Shown: piece by piece, positions 10,501-23,635 of the stretch
Position numbering within the stretch: the first letter of the stretch is position 1
Layout of the letters: every line of letters begins with the position of its first letter
Source of the DNA: Geosiphon pyriformis uo1
Lineage: Eukaryota > Fungi > Glomeromycota
Direction: 5' to 3'
NCBI GenBank assembly: GCA_016748015.1
Contig: JAAOMT010000776.1
Coordinates: 431,496 to 495,495, forward strand
Length of the DNA: 64,000 bases
Program-made: the position numbers and the translations under genes
Notes under the pieces: generated by a model
The model's database searches: none
Told to the model about the DNA's origin: nothing
Seen by the model: the letters and a program-made list of their open reading frames with translations, nothing else

Positions 10501-13500
10501 TGTTATGGATTGGAGTAACAAGCTAACGGATAGCAAGGGAGAACAGAATTGTAGGGTGATGAAAGGAATCAAAGAGAATTCAATTTCAAAGAGCGAATTG
10601 AATAAGTATGGATTCAATGTACAAGATCAGTCTCATAAAATATTTCAGTCGCTATTCTTTTCAAGGATAACTGGGGAATCTGAAGGTAGAGGGATAGTCC
10701 ATACTGTCAACAAATGATCACACTTGGTATAATTTTATGTCTCATGTCAGCGCTCTTAGAATTCAATATCAAGTATCAGATGTGCTTTTCAGTCACATTT
10801 TTATTCAATAATCTTCAAATACTTTGTTTAATCGTTTCAGGAAAAAGCAGATAAACACCAACAAGAGATCTTTTATCCAAAAGATGTTTCAGATACTTGA
10901 AGGTAGAGAAAGGGAAATTAGCAATAAGAGAATGTTTGAAATGAAAGTTGTTTTATTATATTTCTTTGATTGTGGGGAACATACTTTTCTACAGCTAAGA
11001 AACTCATTGTTTATATAGATATGAAAAGTGGTCAACAACTAGGTCAATGATCAGGTCAATCATCAGATCAATGATCAGGTCAACGGTCAGGTTATTGATC
11101 AGGTTAATGATTACTATCTAAAAATAGGTTGGCTAATTACATAACATCAGTGGCTAATACATGTAATAACTAATAAAAACTATGAGTTTCAACCATAACA
11201 TCATCCTCTCCAAAGAGATTGAGCTCTGGCAAAATCAAACTATTTATGAGATATTCTAATTAAAGGGTTATCTAACTCAAAACTAACTAGTTTGTTAAAG
11301 TCTTTTGTGGATAAAGTGTATAGTACTTGAGGTGAAATGAGCTTTGTATCCAAGAGACCAAACTTTTGTATAAGAGTTTTGGCTCTTCTGGCAATGGTCA
11401 AAACTCTTGGAACATCCAACTGTATAATGCCCAAAATTTCCACTTGTATCTCAGAAGTTGTTTTCTTCATGAGCTTCATGTCTTCTATGATTTCACCAAG
11501 GCAACCATAGAGCTCTAGTTGTCTTCCATATGACAAGTTTTTGTCTATGGGCAAGATTTCTTTAATCATTTTTCCAATTGTGGTGGAAGGTACAAGTATT
11601 GCTGCTGTTATGCTTTCCAACAGATACTTATCCATTTTGCTACCAATTCTTTCTCTTCTGGTAGTTGTTTTCTTTGGTCCAATAACAGTATGTGTTCCAC
11701 TGTTGTCAGTTATTGTAGTTTGTTTTCCAATGATTAGAGTAGCATTTAGATAGTTTTTAATTCAATACTCATAAAGAATATAGAAAGCGTTTTAAATGTT
11801 TTGATCCAAAAAATAATTGTTCATGTCAATTGAAGATACCTCTGTTTTGAAAATGGTGCATTTATTTATACTTGGTTTTTGCTGATTATTTGGGTCAGTA
11901 TTACTACAACTGGTAACCAATCAGGTTGTTTGTAATATTTCTTGAGTCGTGTGCCATAAACAGGATGATCATTAAAGATTGTTCTGGATTGATTTTGAAG
12001 AATATAAGAATCATTGTTCAAAACTTTGTTGACTATAAAGGGACCTTTCCACTGGCTAGAGAATTTATCACCATAGACATTGTCTCTGTCTGAGTGGTAT
12101 TCCAAAACTAAGTTACCAATACTTAAAGAAAGTGTTTTATAAGTTTTCTTCTTTTTAAGCTTTTCTTGGAACTGTTTTATCTTTTCAAAGGCAATTATTT
12201 GTGCTTCTACAAATGAGTCAAGAATGGTACCAAGTCTCTTTTGCAAAATGTCTTTATAATTCTCTATTGTGATCTCTTCAAAGGGTATTATCTCAATATC
12301 AGTTTCTATTGGTAGTGTTGCCATTCATCCATAGAGCAGATAAAAAGGTTCATAACTTGTTATGTCATGATTCACAGTTCTATAAGCAAACAAAGCTGAA
12401 GGCAGTACTTTGTCCCATAAGTTTGTTTTTTTACTTGTTTTGGCTAGAGTTTCACATAGTGTTCTATTGAAACGTTCCACTAGGCCATTTGTTTGGGGAT
12501 GATAAGGGGAAGAAAGTTTGTGATGTATTCCCATTTTTCTACAAAGTTCTTCAACCAGTGTACTAAGAAAAGCTCTTCCTCTATCAAATAATAGTTCTTT
12601 GGGGCAGCCATGGCAACAAATGATATCTTCATAAATGAAATTGGCTATTGAGACTGCTGTTTGGTCTGGAGTGGCTCTTGCTTCTAATCACTTTGTAAGA
12701 TAGTCAGTAGCTGTGATGATGTAACTGCTATCAGGAGTTACTGTTAAAGGTCCAACAACATCTATACCAATTCTGTCAAATGGTTGACCAACAGAGATTG
12801 GATGGATATCTTCTTTGTGATTGGGTTTTTCTCTTCTTTGGCAGGTATCCCAGGTTTTAATGTATTCAGCAATGTCTTTTCCCAAGGTAGACCAATAATA
12901 GTGAGCTAAGGTTTTCTGAATTGTTTTTGTTTTTCCAAAGTGTCCAGCTAATGGATCAGTGTGCATATTGTAGATCACAATTTCTCTTTCTTCAAATCTT
13001 ATGACTCTCTGAGGGCAGTCAGGATCTTTTCTGTTTCTTTTGTATAGTTGGTTCTGGCAGATCAAATAGAAATTTGATTGTTTGCGCAAATGTTCTCTTT
13101 ACTGTCGATTGTATTCCAGTGGGTATTGTCCTTTACCCAAAAATTCCATTAAGGCAGAGTAGTTGTCCAAGTCCATTATCATGTTTGGTTGTGAGAGAAT
13201 TACTAATAATTAGGTTGGTTTGGTTTGAGGTAGTTGTACTGTTACTGGATGGTAAGTCTAGAGAGAGCATCAGCATTTTGATGATGTGCTTCTTTGCGAT
13301 GTTGAATATCATAGTCAAATTCATCCAAGTAGAGTATCCAACAAGTTATTCTTTTATGTTCCAGCTTCTTTTTGTTGCATAACCAAACCAAAGCTTGGTG
13401 ATCTGTTACTACCAGGAATTTGGCACCAAGAAGATATTTGTTCCAATAGCTAGTAGCCCATACTACTGCCAGGCATTCTTGTTTAGTTACCGAGTAGTTC

Positions 13501-15397
13501 TGCTCTACTGGTGAGAAAGTTCTACTGGTATATGCTATGGCATGTTCTTTGCCATCTTTATCTTTTTAGAATAGAACAGCTCCAAGTCCATAGCCAGATC
13601 CATCAGTGTGGAGGATGAAAGGTTGATCTAGATCAGGTTGCTTCAGAATTGGTTCAGTGACTAGTTTTTCTTTTAGAGTTTTAAAAGCTTTTTGTTGGTG
13701 TGTGCCCCAAGAGTAGTTGACGTTTTTCTTGAGTAGCTGATTAAGTAGAGCAGCTATTTTGGAAAGAGCATAGTTCATGAACATTCATTGGTTGTCTAAT
13801 GTTCTGGACTTTTTCAACCTTAGCTGGATCAGGAAAGATTCCATCTTTTGTGATAAGATGACCAAGAAATTGGGTGGATTGTCTTCCAAAGAAAGATTTG
13901 ATCAGGTTGATCTTGAGGCCTGTATTTCTGAAAAGATCAAAAACCTTTTGCAAATGTACAAGGTGTTCATCCCAGGTTTTTGAGTACACCATTATATTGT
14001 CCAAATAAACCAAAACAAAGTTTTCTTTCACTAATTCAAATACTTTATCCATTAAGCATTGAAAGGTGGGAGGGACATTGGTGAGACCAAAAGGCATGAC
14101 TGTGAATTCATAGATGCCATACTTGGTAATGAAGGTGGTTTTCTTCTGGCTTTCTGGATCCATCTCTACTTGCCAGAATCTAGCAGTTAGATCAATGGTT
14201 GAGCATCTTTGAATTGGTCCAGCATTGCATCAATCTTGGGAAGTGGGTACATGTCTCTTTTAGTAATGGCATTTAATTGGCAGTAGTCAACACAGAAGCA
14301 TAGGGTTCCACCTTTCTTGAATACCACTACAACTGGAAAAGCCCATTCACTCTTGGTTTCTTGTATGAATCCAAGTTCTTTTATCCGGTTTATCTCTTTC
14401 TTGATGAACTCATCATTGTGCCAATTGGATTGATATGGCTTCAAATGGATGGGGTAAGTTTCTCTGGTGGTAATGGTGTGTTGTATTACATAAGTTCATC
14501 CAGGGATATCACCTTCTTTTGAGATAACTGGGCTGTTTCTAGCCAGCAGATTTTCAATGTCTATTTTTCTTTCTTCTGAAGAGGGTTTTCTTTGTTCTAC
14601 AACTAGTGATTGGATCTCAGGTGGTTCATTTTCAAAGGACTTTTGGACTTCTTTCAATTCTTCTCTAGGTATTAAACTGATTGGTTCCCAATCTTTGTAA
14701 TAGATCAGGCATGATTTGCATTCATTACTTGGAGAATACAAGGGTTGGTTGCACCAGCACCAGGCACAAGGACCATGCCACCAATAATGGTACTTGGCTT
14801 TCTTGTTAGGCTTCTGGTCAAAAGTTCTTCTTAGAATATCATAGTAGGGCCAGCAGATCAGCTTGCCATTTACAATGATTCCTTCTCTGTCAGCTTTGAC
14901 ATTGTCCAGTGGCTTGCCATTGCTGGTAAAGGTAGTATAGGCAAGTTCAGCAGTTTTTTTTTGTTCCTTTTGTTCTTCATCATCATCACTTTCTTCATCA
15001 TCTGATTCCTCTGATTGTTCTTCTTCCTGATTCTGTTTTGGTGTTGGAGGGGTTGTTCAGTGGTGACACTTAACCACAATGAGCTTTTTACCACATCTGA
15101 TGATTAGCTCACAAAGTTCATAGTCAAGTAATGCTTTGGCTTTCTTGAGCCATTCATTTCCAACAATAATAGTGTATTTCTTGGCTTCAGAAACTTCCAT
15201 GTCAGTTTCAATGCTGATGTCATTGATATGGACAGGAATAGCTTTGGCTATGCCCAGACCTTTCTTTTTGTCACCATGTACATTGGTCATTGGTCGGGTG
15301 GAAGGTTCATCAATCTTTCTCCCAATTGCTTCCAAAAAGTGTTTGGCAATGACACTAATAGATGATCCACTGTCCAGAATCAAGTCAATGAAATAGC
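10501..15397 (-). mobile_element. Gypsy-A copy A2, 3' half: PR, Cys-rich insert, RT, RNase H, IN, ORF3, PPT and 3' LTR (10501-11200)
   Basis: LILDSGSS protease, MPFGLTN and YLDN RT, LHTDGSGYGLGAVL RNase H, HHCC plus GIDVVGP integrase; flank ATAT 10497-10500. Confidence 0.93.
11170..11824 (-). pseudogene. Gypsy-A ORF3, copy A2
   Basis: Contains track ORF 11240-11635 (MDKYLLESITAAILVP...); homologous to the other two copies. Confidence 0.75.
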
Positions 15398-18300
15398 AAT
15401 GTTTCCAGATTGTCTGGTATTTGGGTATCTAATTTGTGCATTCCCAGTGCTTTACATTGGGCAATATCAATGTTCCTGCATTCATCCATAATGATCATAG
15501 ATACTAGTATCTTAAACCAACTGGGTATTCTACCACTGTCACTCTGTCTGTACCTCCTTGTGAAGTCCATTCAAGTCATTAGCGATTCATCCATGTTCTG
15601 TACCTGATGCAAATACAAAATGGTCTTTTTTCTCAGTAAGCCTCTAACTTTAGTGTAAGTTGCACCCAAAGCTATAACAGTCTCAATTAAATGTGCATGT
15701 GGCCTTGAAGATTCAGGTATCCCATGCATGTCCCCAAAGCTTTTGAATGAGATGCTCCTTTCTTCCATTATCTGCATGATATTTGCTATAAGATTAACCT
15801 CTGACTTAGATCATTCTTTAGCGGAATATTCAAGTACACTATGAGCTGATCATCTTTGTGCTTGCAAGTTGGCTAATCTGATTTTTGTAGCCATTCCAGC
15901 AATATCATTACTGTTTAATCTAACCAACAAATCTGTAATCTTGCTTTTTGCTTGTATATTATCAATTTTGAACAAGTTGTACAAAGATGAGTGATGCATA
16001 GTCATGCATATTTGTATTGTTTGCTCTTATTTGTTTGATTATATCAGCAACAACCTTAACAAGTTTGTGATTTATGCATTCTTTCTTTGTATATGTAGAT
16101 TGGGCTTCCACTTTCCTTTTTGGTAGGCATTCAGCAGCTTGTAACACAGTCTCCTTGATTGTAAGCCACATCTGGTTTAGATCATCATTGCTGTTATCTA
16201 TTGATTTTCTTTGTGCTTCATCTGTTAGTCGATCAGTTTTTCTTGCATAGATTTCCCATTGGACTCCAGATGCTTTTTTAATGTCAATCATAGTTGTGCT
16301 ACACTTCTTTAGTGCCTGCCAAGATTCTATCAGATTGGATGATTGTCACTACTGCTTTGTGATCAGTGCTAAATAAGTCCAGCATGGCTACACGTTAACA
16401 AAAAAAAAATCAGTGCTAAATGATTCATTAACATTAATAACCCCAATATTTGTGATTAGCGAGGCTGTAACAACATTAGTAAACACATAGTCTAATCTCC
16501 TCTGTACTCCATTTGATGCCTATGTATTATCTGAATTGTTTACTGCATACATTCCATGTATATTTACCATATTCATCTGTTGCAGCAATGTTGCAATAGG
16601 ACATTTTTTTTCCTTGTTTGTGGCAATTGTCTTTTCAAGTAATTTGGATGCCAGATCTTTATTCAAATTGCCTGCCACCATGACAATTTCTTTGTTTTGC
16701 ACAATGTTTGCTAAAAGCTTTCTGATCTCTTTTGCCACTGCCTTTTCAGTAGGTGATTTTGATGCAGACATATACAACCCAACTATTTGTACACTTACTT
16801 TACCCCTAAATTTCAATACCAGATGCAATAGTCTCCCATAATAACTCCACATGGTGAGTCCAACATTTTTTTACTAGTATGCCCACCCCAGTTCCTATTT
16901 GTTTCTCAGTGCTTGACTCCCAAAAGGTGTGATAATCCCCAGTGCCAAAAAACATCCCTTTTTCTTTGAATGGGGTCAGTTTAGTTTCTGTAATGACCAC
17001 AAAATCAAACTGTCTATCCTTAATCTATTGTAGTACTTCCTCAGCTTTGCCAGGATTGTTAAGTTCTCTAACATTAATAGTTCCTATTTTCCAAGTATTA
17101 TTATCAGCAATGTTCTGTTCTAAGTTGAAGTTAAATGTACTATACATCATCTGTTTCTATAGATTTAGATTCCCCAGCCATAGCACCATTCCAGTTACCC
17201 TGTTTCTCCACTTGTTTTAGCAGTATTATAATAGGTTTTAGGGCCTTTTTAATATCATTGATTTCTTTCTCTGGATTGTATGCCTCTTTTTTCTCCTCTA
17301 AGTTATGTTTGGAGAACATATCTTGTTTCACTTTTTTATTACCCCCTCCTTTCTTTTCCTCTGATATATGACTTGGTGGTTGATTTACCACTCTGTCTTC
17401 ATTTTTTTTCTACTGTCACTCCAAGTTTTAAAGCCACAGCATTCAGTAGTTTAGCCATTTCATTCACTTGTTGTCTCAATTCATCAATTTCAATTCTCCA
17501 TGGCTGGTCAGCTTCTTTTTTCTGTTGGCCCTTTTTGTTGTTTGCTTGTGAGCCAGCTTTTTAAGACCTACTTGGGTTTGCATTGTTCTTATAACTAGAT
17601 GGGTTTAGTGCTGCCATTTCAGCATATGATCTTCCTCCAAAGATCTTGATGGGTTCTTCTGGTACATTCTTTTTAACATACAATTTGGCCAATCATATGT
17701 TGTTGGTAACTTTTTTGGTATTCTCCTCCTTTTTTTTAAGTAAAGTAGGGCAATTAGAGCCCAAATGTTCTATCTGATAACAAAAATGACACTCTTTAGC
17801 ATCAGTAGGCACCCAGTGAACCAAAGTGTCTCCAATTACCAAGAGCTTATTGGTAATATTGTAACAATTGGTTTCACTATCAAACTCTATGTAAGCACAG
17901 CCCATTCTGGTGTAGTTTCTGCTAGTTCTAAGAATAAAGCAAGATCAAGCTTTGATTTGATCCAGAGTGGTACTTAGATAGTGGGCAGTACAGTTCTGTA
18001 ATAGGCCAACAAGCTTAGCTTCCCAGGTTTTCCTCTGCTCAATAATCTTTTGGGTACCTATCATTGGATAAATTCTGACTGCATTTTTCCTGATCAGGGT
18101 CGACCATTGGTCCACAGCTCTGGTTGCTTCCTCTTGGTTGTTGAATTCAACTACTGCTGACTGCCATTTTCCAGCCACTTTGATTTCTCTGTCAGAAATA
18201 CTCAAAGGAATATCTCTAACTAAAACCTTCCTTTGACCAGCCATTTGGTTGGCAATGCCATCAATTTCCACATCTGCTTGAATTTTTCTAGCTTGATCCC

Positions 18301-19457
18301 TTCTAGCAATTTGGGAGAAGTCTATTCAGATTTCTTAGTTTCTCACCATTACAGTCCCTAAAAGATAACTAACATCTCCCAACAGGTTGTAAATCCACCC
18401 CACCTTCATTTCCATGTTTTTTTCCAATATGTCCAATATCTGCATGAACAGAACATGTCTCTTGATGTCATAAACAACAGTTTTCTATCCTTCTTCTTGA
18501 TTTGCTTCCATAGACATGGCATTTTTCTCAAATAATTTGCTACTCTTTTGGCCCAGGCTTGGGCTTGGCATTCTGCTAGATAGACTCGATTTAGAGTCTT
18601 CCATGTTCTTTGCAGTTTCTTCCAAATTGACAATATCTTTGTTTGTTTCAAATAGATTGTCCATTTGCTCATCAAATTTTTCTACAGATTTTCTTTTGTT
18701 GATTTTGTCCAAAATCTCAGGATTGCATTTTCTTAGAGCTGCTTCAATCTGTGCTGCTTTTTTAACCTCTTTACTAGGCAATTTAGATGGTCTATCCAAT
18801 TTTTTCAAGGACTTTGATGCTCTCTTTTCACCAGTCCAAGCTTCCATTTGAAACTTATTACTGTTTTCTCCTTTGTTGAACATTAGTTGTAAAATGAAAT
18901 TGTTGGTCTGGTCTGTTGTTTTATCAGTGAGTTTCTCTTCAATGATCTGGTTAAATCTTTTCATTAGGCCTTTTACACTTATTTTTCCTAAGTGTCTGTA
19001 TTTTTTATTAGGTTTTTCTTCTAGTCTGTTGCCTGTTAGTAAAGAAAAGTCAGCTGCTCTTCGATGTGGAGCTGTTCTTTTTGATGTATTAGCAATTCTA
19101 AAGGGTGTGTTAACTCTACTGCTTGTGTTTACACTTCCAATTGTTTTACTGCTATGTTCAAACCTGAATGGAGGTGTTGTAAGTCTTGTATTCTCAACTG
19201 GTATTAGGTTTGATATGATTGTGTTATTTCCTTCTTTCCTTTCACTTGGTTTTTGTACTTAGTGGTATCTTTGCTAGTACTTCTGTTTGTGACTATTGTT
19301 ACTTTGCTATTAGTGTTGTTGTCAGACACTTTAAAGTCTGTTATAATAATAAAGTGTACTTTTAACTAAAAGTATCTTTTGGCAAAAAACTATTTTTCCA
19401 AATTTGAGGCATAGTAAATTTTGTGGTAGCAGACAAAAAAAGAAAAAAGTTTTTTTT
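15398..19457 (-). mobile_element. LINE-X copy L2, 5' part: ORF1 (17140-19412), APE endonuclease, RT deleted, post-RT region; continues at 25437
   Basis: Same 5' end as 35213; RRM and ECHFCYQ knuckle; TETK endonuclease motif; deletion junction near 16000. Confidence 0.88.
16375..16408 (+). mobile_element. Extremely 5'-truncated half-LINE/LINE tail insertion (~25 nt plus poly(A))
   Basis: GCATGGCTACACGTTAAC-A tail matches the half-LINE terminus; perfect 13-bp TSD ATCAGTGCTAAAT (16362-16374, 16409-16421). Confidence 0.88.
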
Positions 19458-20845
19458 GAAGATTTGACATTCAAGTCATTTAATGAAACATTTGCCACAA
19501 ACAAAGAAAAAAATGTCCCACTGCAATAATGCTGCAACAAATGAATCTGGTGGATATACATGGAATATATGCAGCAAACAATTTAGATAATACATGGGCA
19601 TCAAATAGAGTACAAAGGAGATTGGACTATGTGTTTACTGATGTTGTTACAGTCTCACTAATCACAAATATTGGAGTTATTGATGTTAATGAATCATTTA
19701 GCACTGATCACAAAGCAGTAGTAACAATTATCCAATCTGATAGAATCTTGGCAGGCACTAAAAAATCTAGATCTAGAAAAAAGAAGTATAGCACAACTAT
19801 AATTAACATTAAAAAAACATCTGGAGTCCAATGGAAGATCTATGCAAGAGAAACTGATTGACTAACAGATGAAACACAAAAAAAATCAATAAATAACAGC
19901 AATGATGATTTAAACCAGATGTGGCTTACAATCAAAGAGACTGTGTTACAAGCTGTTGAATGCCTACCAAAAAGGAAAGTGGAAGCCCAATTTGCATACA
20001 CAAAGAAAAAATGCATGGATCACAAGCTTGTTAGGATTGTTGCTGAGATAATCAAACAAATAAGAGTAAACAATACAGATATGCATGATAACAATGTTAT
20101 GCAGCTGTTGGCCAAATAAAAACAATTGAAACCTGAGACAGCTAATACATATTTGATGACTCTCCCAAAAGAGAAGCTTATTATAGAATTACTAAGCATC
20201 AAAAAAGAATACAGATCTACACTGCATGCTAGAATCAAACTACAACAGCAAAGACAGATAGTGGACAATATTATTAAAAGACAACAAAACTTTGAGCTAA
20301 ACAAAGGAGTAATAATCAAAAGCATTCTAAACAGAAAAAAACAAAGAATAGTACTAGACCATGTCATAAAAAAAGACAAATTTCATGATGATCCTAATAA
20401 AATCAAAAAGCTAGTAAATAAAAAAGCTTAAGGGTAGACTAGAACAAGAAATCTTGAACCTGAATTATGAAAAAGTTTGGAACACAGATTTAAGCCAATT
20501 GAGAACATCCCAGACTATGTCTTTGATGGTGTGATGGCTGAAATAATAAATAAGGAATTCGAACATATATTGAGCCACACATCTCATAACAAAGCCTCTG
20601 GCCCATCCAGCATTCAAGTTGAACTCTGGGCCTAATACCAAGTGCAAACTGAGAACATTGCTTAATGCTTGTATAGAAGCAGCAAACATGCCTGAGGAGT
20701 GGAGAATAGCACAAGTCATACTGATTCCAAAGCCAAAAGAATGGGGTGGCAATATTGACATCATCAGACCAATCACACTCATTGAAAGCACTAGAAAAAT
20801 CTTAACAAAGATTTTAACTACAAGAATATCAAAAGCATGTAAGCT
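19458..20845 (+). pseudogene. LINE-X copy L1, endonuclease C-terminus to RT N-terminus
   Basis: RRLDYVF, STDHKAV, LIPKPKEW, RPITLIE motifs; ends RISKACKL and resumes (EL)HNILKGY at 10315 on the minus strand. Confidence 0.9.
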
Positions 20846-22932
20846 AAAAAAACTCTTTCTCTCCTAAATTTTATGACCATGACTAGAGCTAAGAGTAAAA
20901 AAGTTGCAAATATTACTTTTTCTATAGTAACTAATAAAGTTTCAACACAAAAGGGTCTCTTAGTTATTGAAGCAGCTAGACAAAACGTTCTGGCTACATT
21001 TCCTTTAAAAAATATTAGTGAAAAGCTGTCTTTAGTGGCTTCTGGTTCATTTTCTTTACCTTTGGCTGGTAGTTTTCCAGTCAAAGTTCCTTTCACAAAT
21101 GGCTGCAAAAGCAAAAAATTCCAAAAAACAGCAGCAGACAGTCACAACTGCTATGGTTATACTGAACCCCTTTGTGGTTACAGATGAGATCTTTGGTAAG
21201 ATCTCCACAGCAGCAGCCAGCCCTCTTTCTGATATGAATGGCAACAGCAGCAACACATCTTCCAAGATGGGCCAAGATCAACCACTGGCTGTGTTGCCTG
21301 ATGTGGTACTCTCGAGCAGATCATCACCAATCCCAGTAGTAAAACAGCTCATTATTTCAGATGATTTCAAAGATTGGACTGATCAGATGGAAATGAAATC
21401 AACTGCTCCTCCCTTAATCTCTGGTGCTGCTGATGGTGGTGCTTGGGAAAATGTGAATGGTTGTCAAAGGTTCTCTGGTTGAGTGGCCTCTAATCTTGTA
21501 CCTGGTGCTACATTTAAGATTAAGATGGCCTTGCTCAATTCCTTGTTTCTGGTTGTATTGGGCTTAAGTCTGTTTCATGAGATGCTGTCAAGTTGTTTTG
21601 TGTGGAATTTGCATCTCAGAAGAGTCTGAATGGTGCCACCAAAGTGGCCATTGGTGATGAGGTTTTTTGACTACTCTTAAGATTGCATGGTCTTCTGGTG
21701 TGGCCTCTGTTTCTTCTACCCCTTTGTCAGTTGCACTTTGTAATGTACCTTTGGGTACCCCCTCTGATAACATCAAATCTGCTCTTGGCATTTTTGGTGT
21801 TGTCACTTCTGTCAAGTTGAAGCCTGCTGGCTTATGGCAATATGCTGTAGTTCATTTCTTTTGCTGCTGCTGCTCTTACTCATTGGTCTGTGCTGGTTAG
21901 GAAAGACAGTATTAGGATTCTCCTTGTTGTCAACCAAAATGATGTTATTTCTTCAAGAGACACTTTTAAGGCTAAGTTGGTTAATCTTTCCTTTGGCTGT
22001 ACTGCCTTTAAGATAAGTGATTTGGTCTCCCAAGTTGGTGGCTGTACATGTTTCATTCCTTGCTCCCCTGAATCTTACTGATGTCAATGCTTTGCTATGG
22101 TTATCTTTGATTCTTTGGAATCTTTGAATGCTGCTGTGTTAAAAACTGGTATTTTGCATGGTTGCTGCATCTGGTGGGAAACTTCTGGATGTCACCACTG
22201 CTACAGGTGTCAAGACCTGACTCATTTGGCTGTGAACTGCAAGAAGTCACCTCCTCTCCCACCCAAACTATTTTTTAACACTTCTGGTAGTGCCAGAGTT
22301 TTCAAACCTTCATTTGCTGGATCAAGATCTTATGCCAAAGCTGCTGCTTTTGTGGTTCCTCCTGTTGCTGCTGCTGTTGATATAAACTTGGATCTCAGTA
22401 GTCCCCTCAAAACTACAACACCCATGTTGCCTGTTGTCTCTTCTGCTCCCAATATTGCTATTGAATCTAGGTTAGCTTTTCTGGAATCCCACTTTAGTAA
22501 ACTATCTGTGTTGATAAAATCCTTAGTTGAACCTGTCGGTGCTCTGGTTGCATTGGTTACCAAATTGCTGTCTACTCCACCTGCCATGGATGTGTTAGTG
22601 AGAAAATGTGTGAATGGTTTGGCTAAGCAAAATAAAGGCTTGGCTGCTGTTGCTTCCATAATGCAGAAAAAAATAACACACCTTGAGAAAAAATGTGAGT
22701 GGGCCTGCTTGGAGAATGCATCTGATAATAATGACATGGTTGATGATGATAATAATGATAATAAAGATTTTTCAGTCTATGATAACACTTTTAATGTTAT
22801 GATGCATCTTTGGGAAGATCAGCCTTCTAGTATCAAATCCAGTTCTAATCAGACTGCTAAGTGGATGAATAGTATGGTTAAGAATAGTCATGAGCTTGTT
22901 TGCATTATGGGTAAAATGTATGAATTAGATAT
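20846..22932 (+). mobile_element. Half-LINE copy H3, 5' part (small internal deletions)
   Basis: Same 5' end and ORF as H1; ends at GAATTAGATAT where LTR-A begins. Confidence 0.9.
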
Positions 22933-23635
22933 TGTTACAGTTGAAACTCATAGTTTTTATTAGTTATTACATGTATTAGCCACTGATGTCATGTAATTAG
23001 CCAACTTATTTTTAGATAGTAATCATTGACCTGATCATTGACCTGGTTGTTAACCACTTTTCATAGCTATATAAGCAATGAGTCTCTTAGCTGTAGAAAA
23101 GTATGTTCCCAACAATCAAAGAAATATAATAAAACAACTTTTATCTCAAACATTCTCTTATCGCTAATTTCCCTTTCTCTACCTTCAAGTATCTGAAACA
23201 TCTTTTGGATAAAAGATCTCTTGTTGGTGTTTATCTGCCTTTTCCTGAAATGATTAAACAAAGTATTTGAAGATTATTGAATAAAAACGTGACTGAAGAG
23301 CACATCTGATACTTGATATTGAATTCTAAGAGTGCTGACATGGGCATAGAATTATACCAAGTGTGATCATTTGTTGATAGTACAGACTATCTCTCTACCT
23401 TCAGATTCCCCAGTTATCCTTGAAAAGAATAGCGACTGAGATATTTTATGAGACTGATCTTGCACATTGAATCCATACTTATTCAATTCGCTCTTTGAAA
23501 TTGAATTCCCTTTGATTCCTTTCATCACCTTACAATCCTGTTCTCCCTTGCTATCTGTTAGCTTGTTACTCCAACCCTTAACATAAAAGTGGTGCTCCCT
23601 GTGAGGTTGTCAAAATTCACTTATTTCCTCATTGT

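Noticed and set aside
10505-10717. Recurring ~70-aa antisense ORF in LTR-A (also 27113-27325)
   Set aside because: Recurrence is explained by LTR homology; no motif; broken in other copies.
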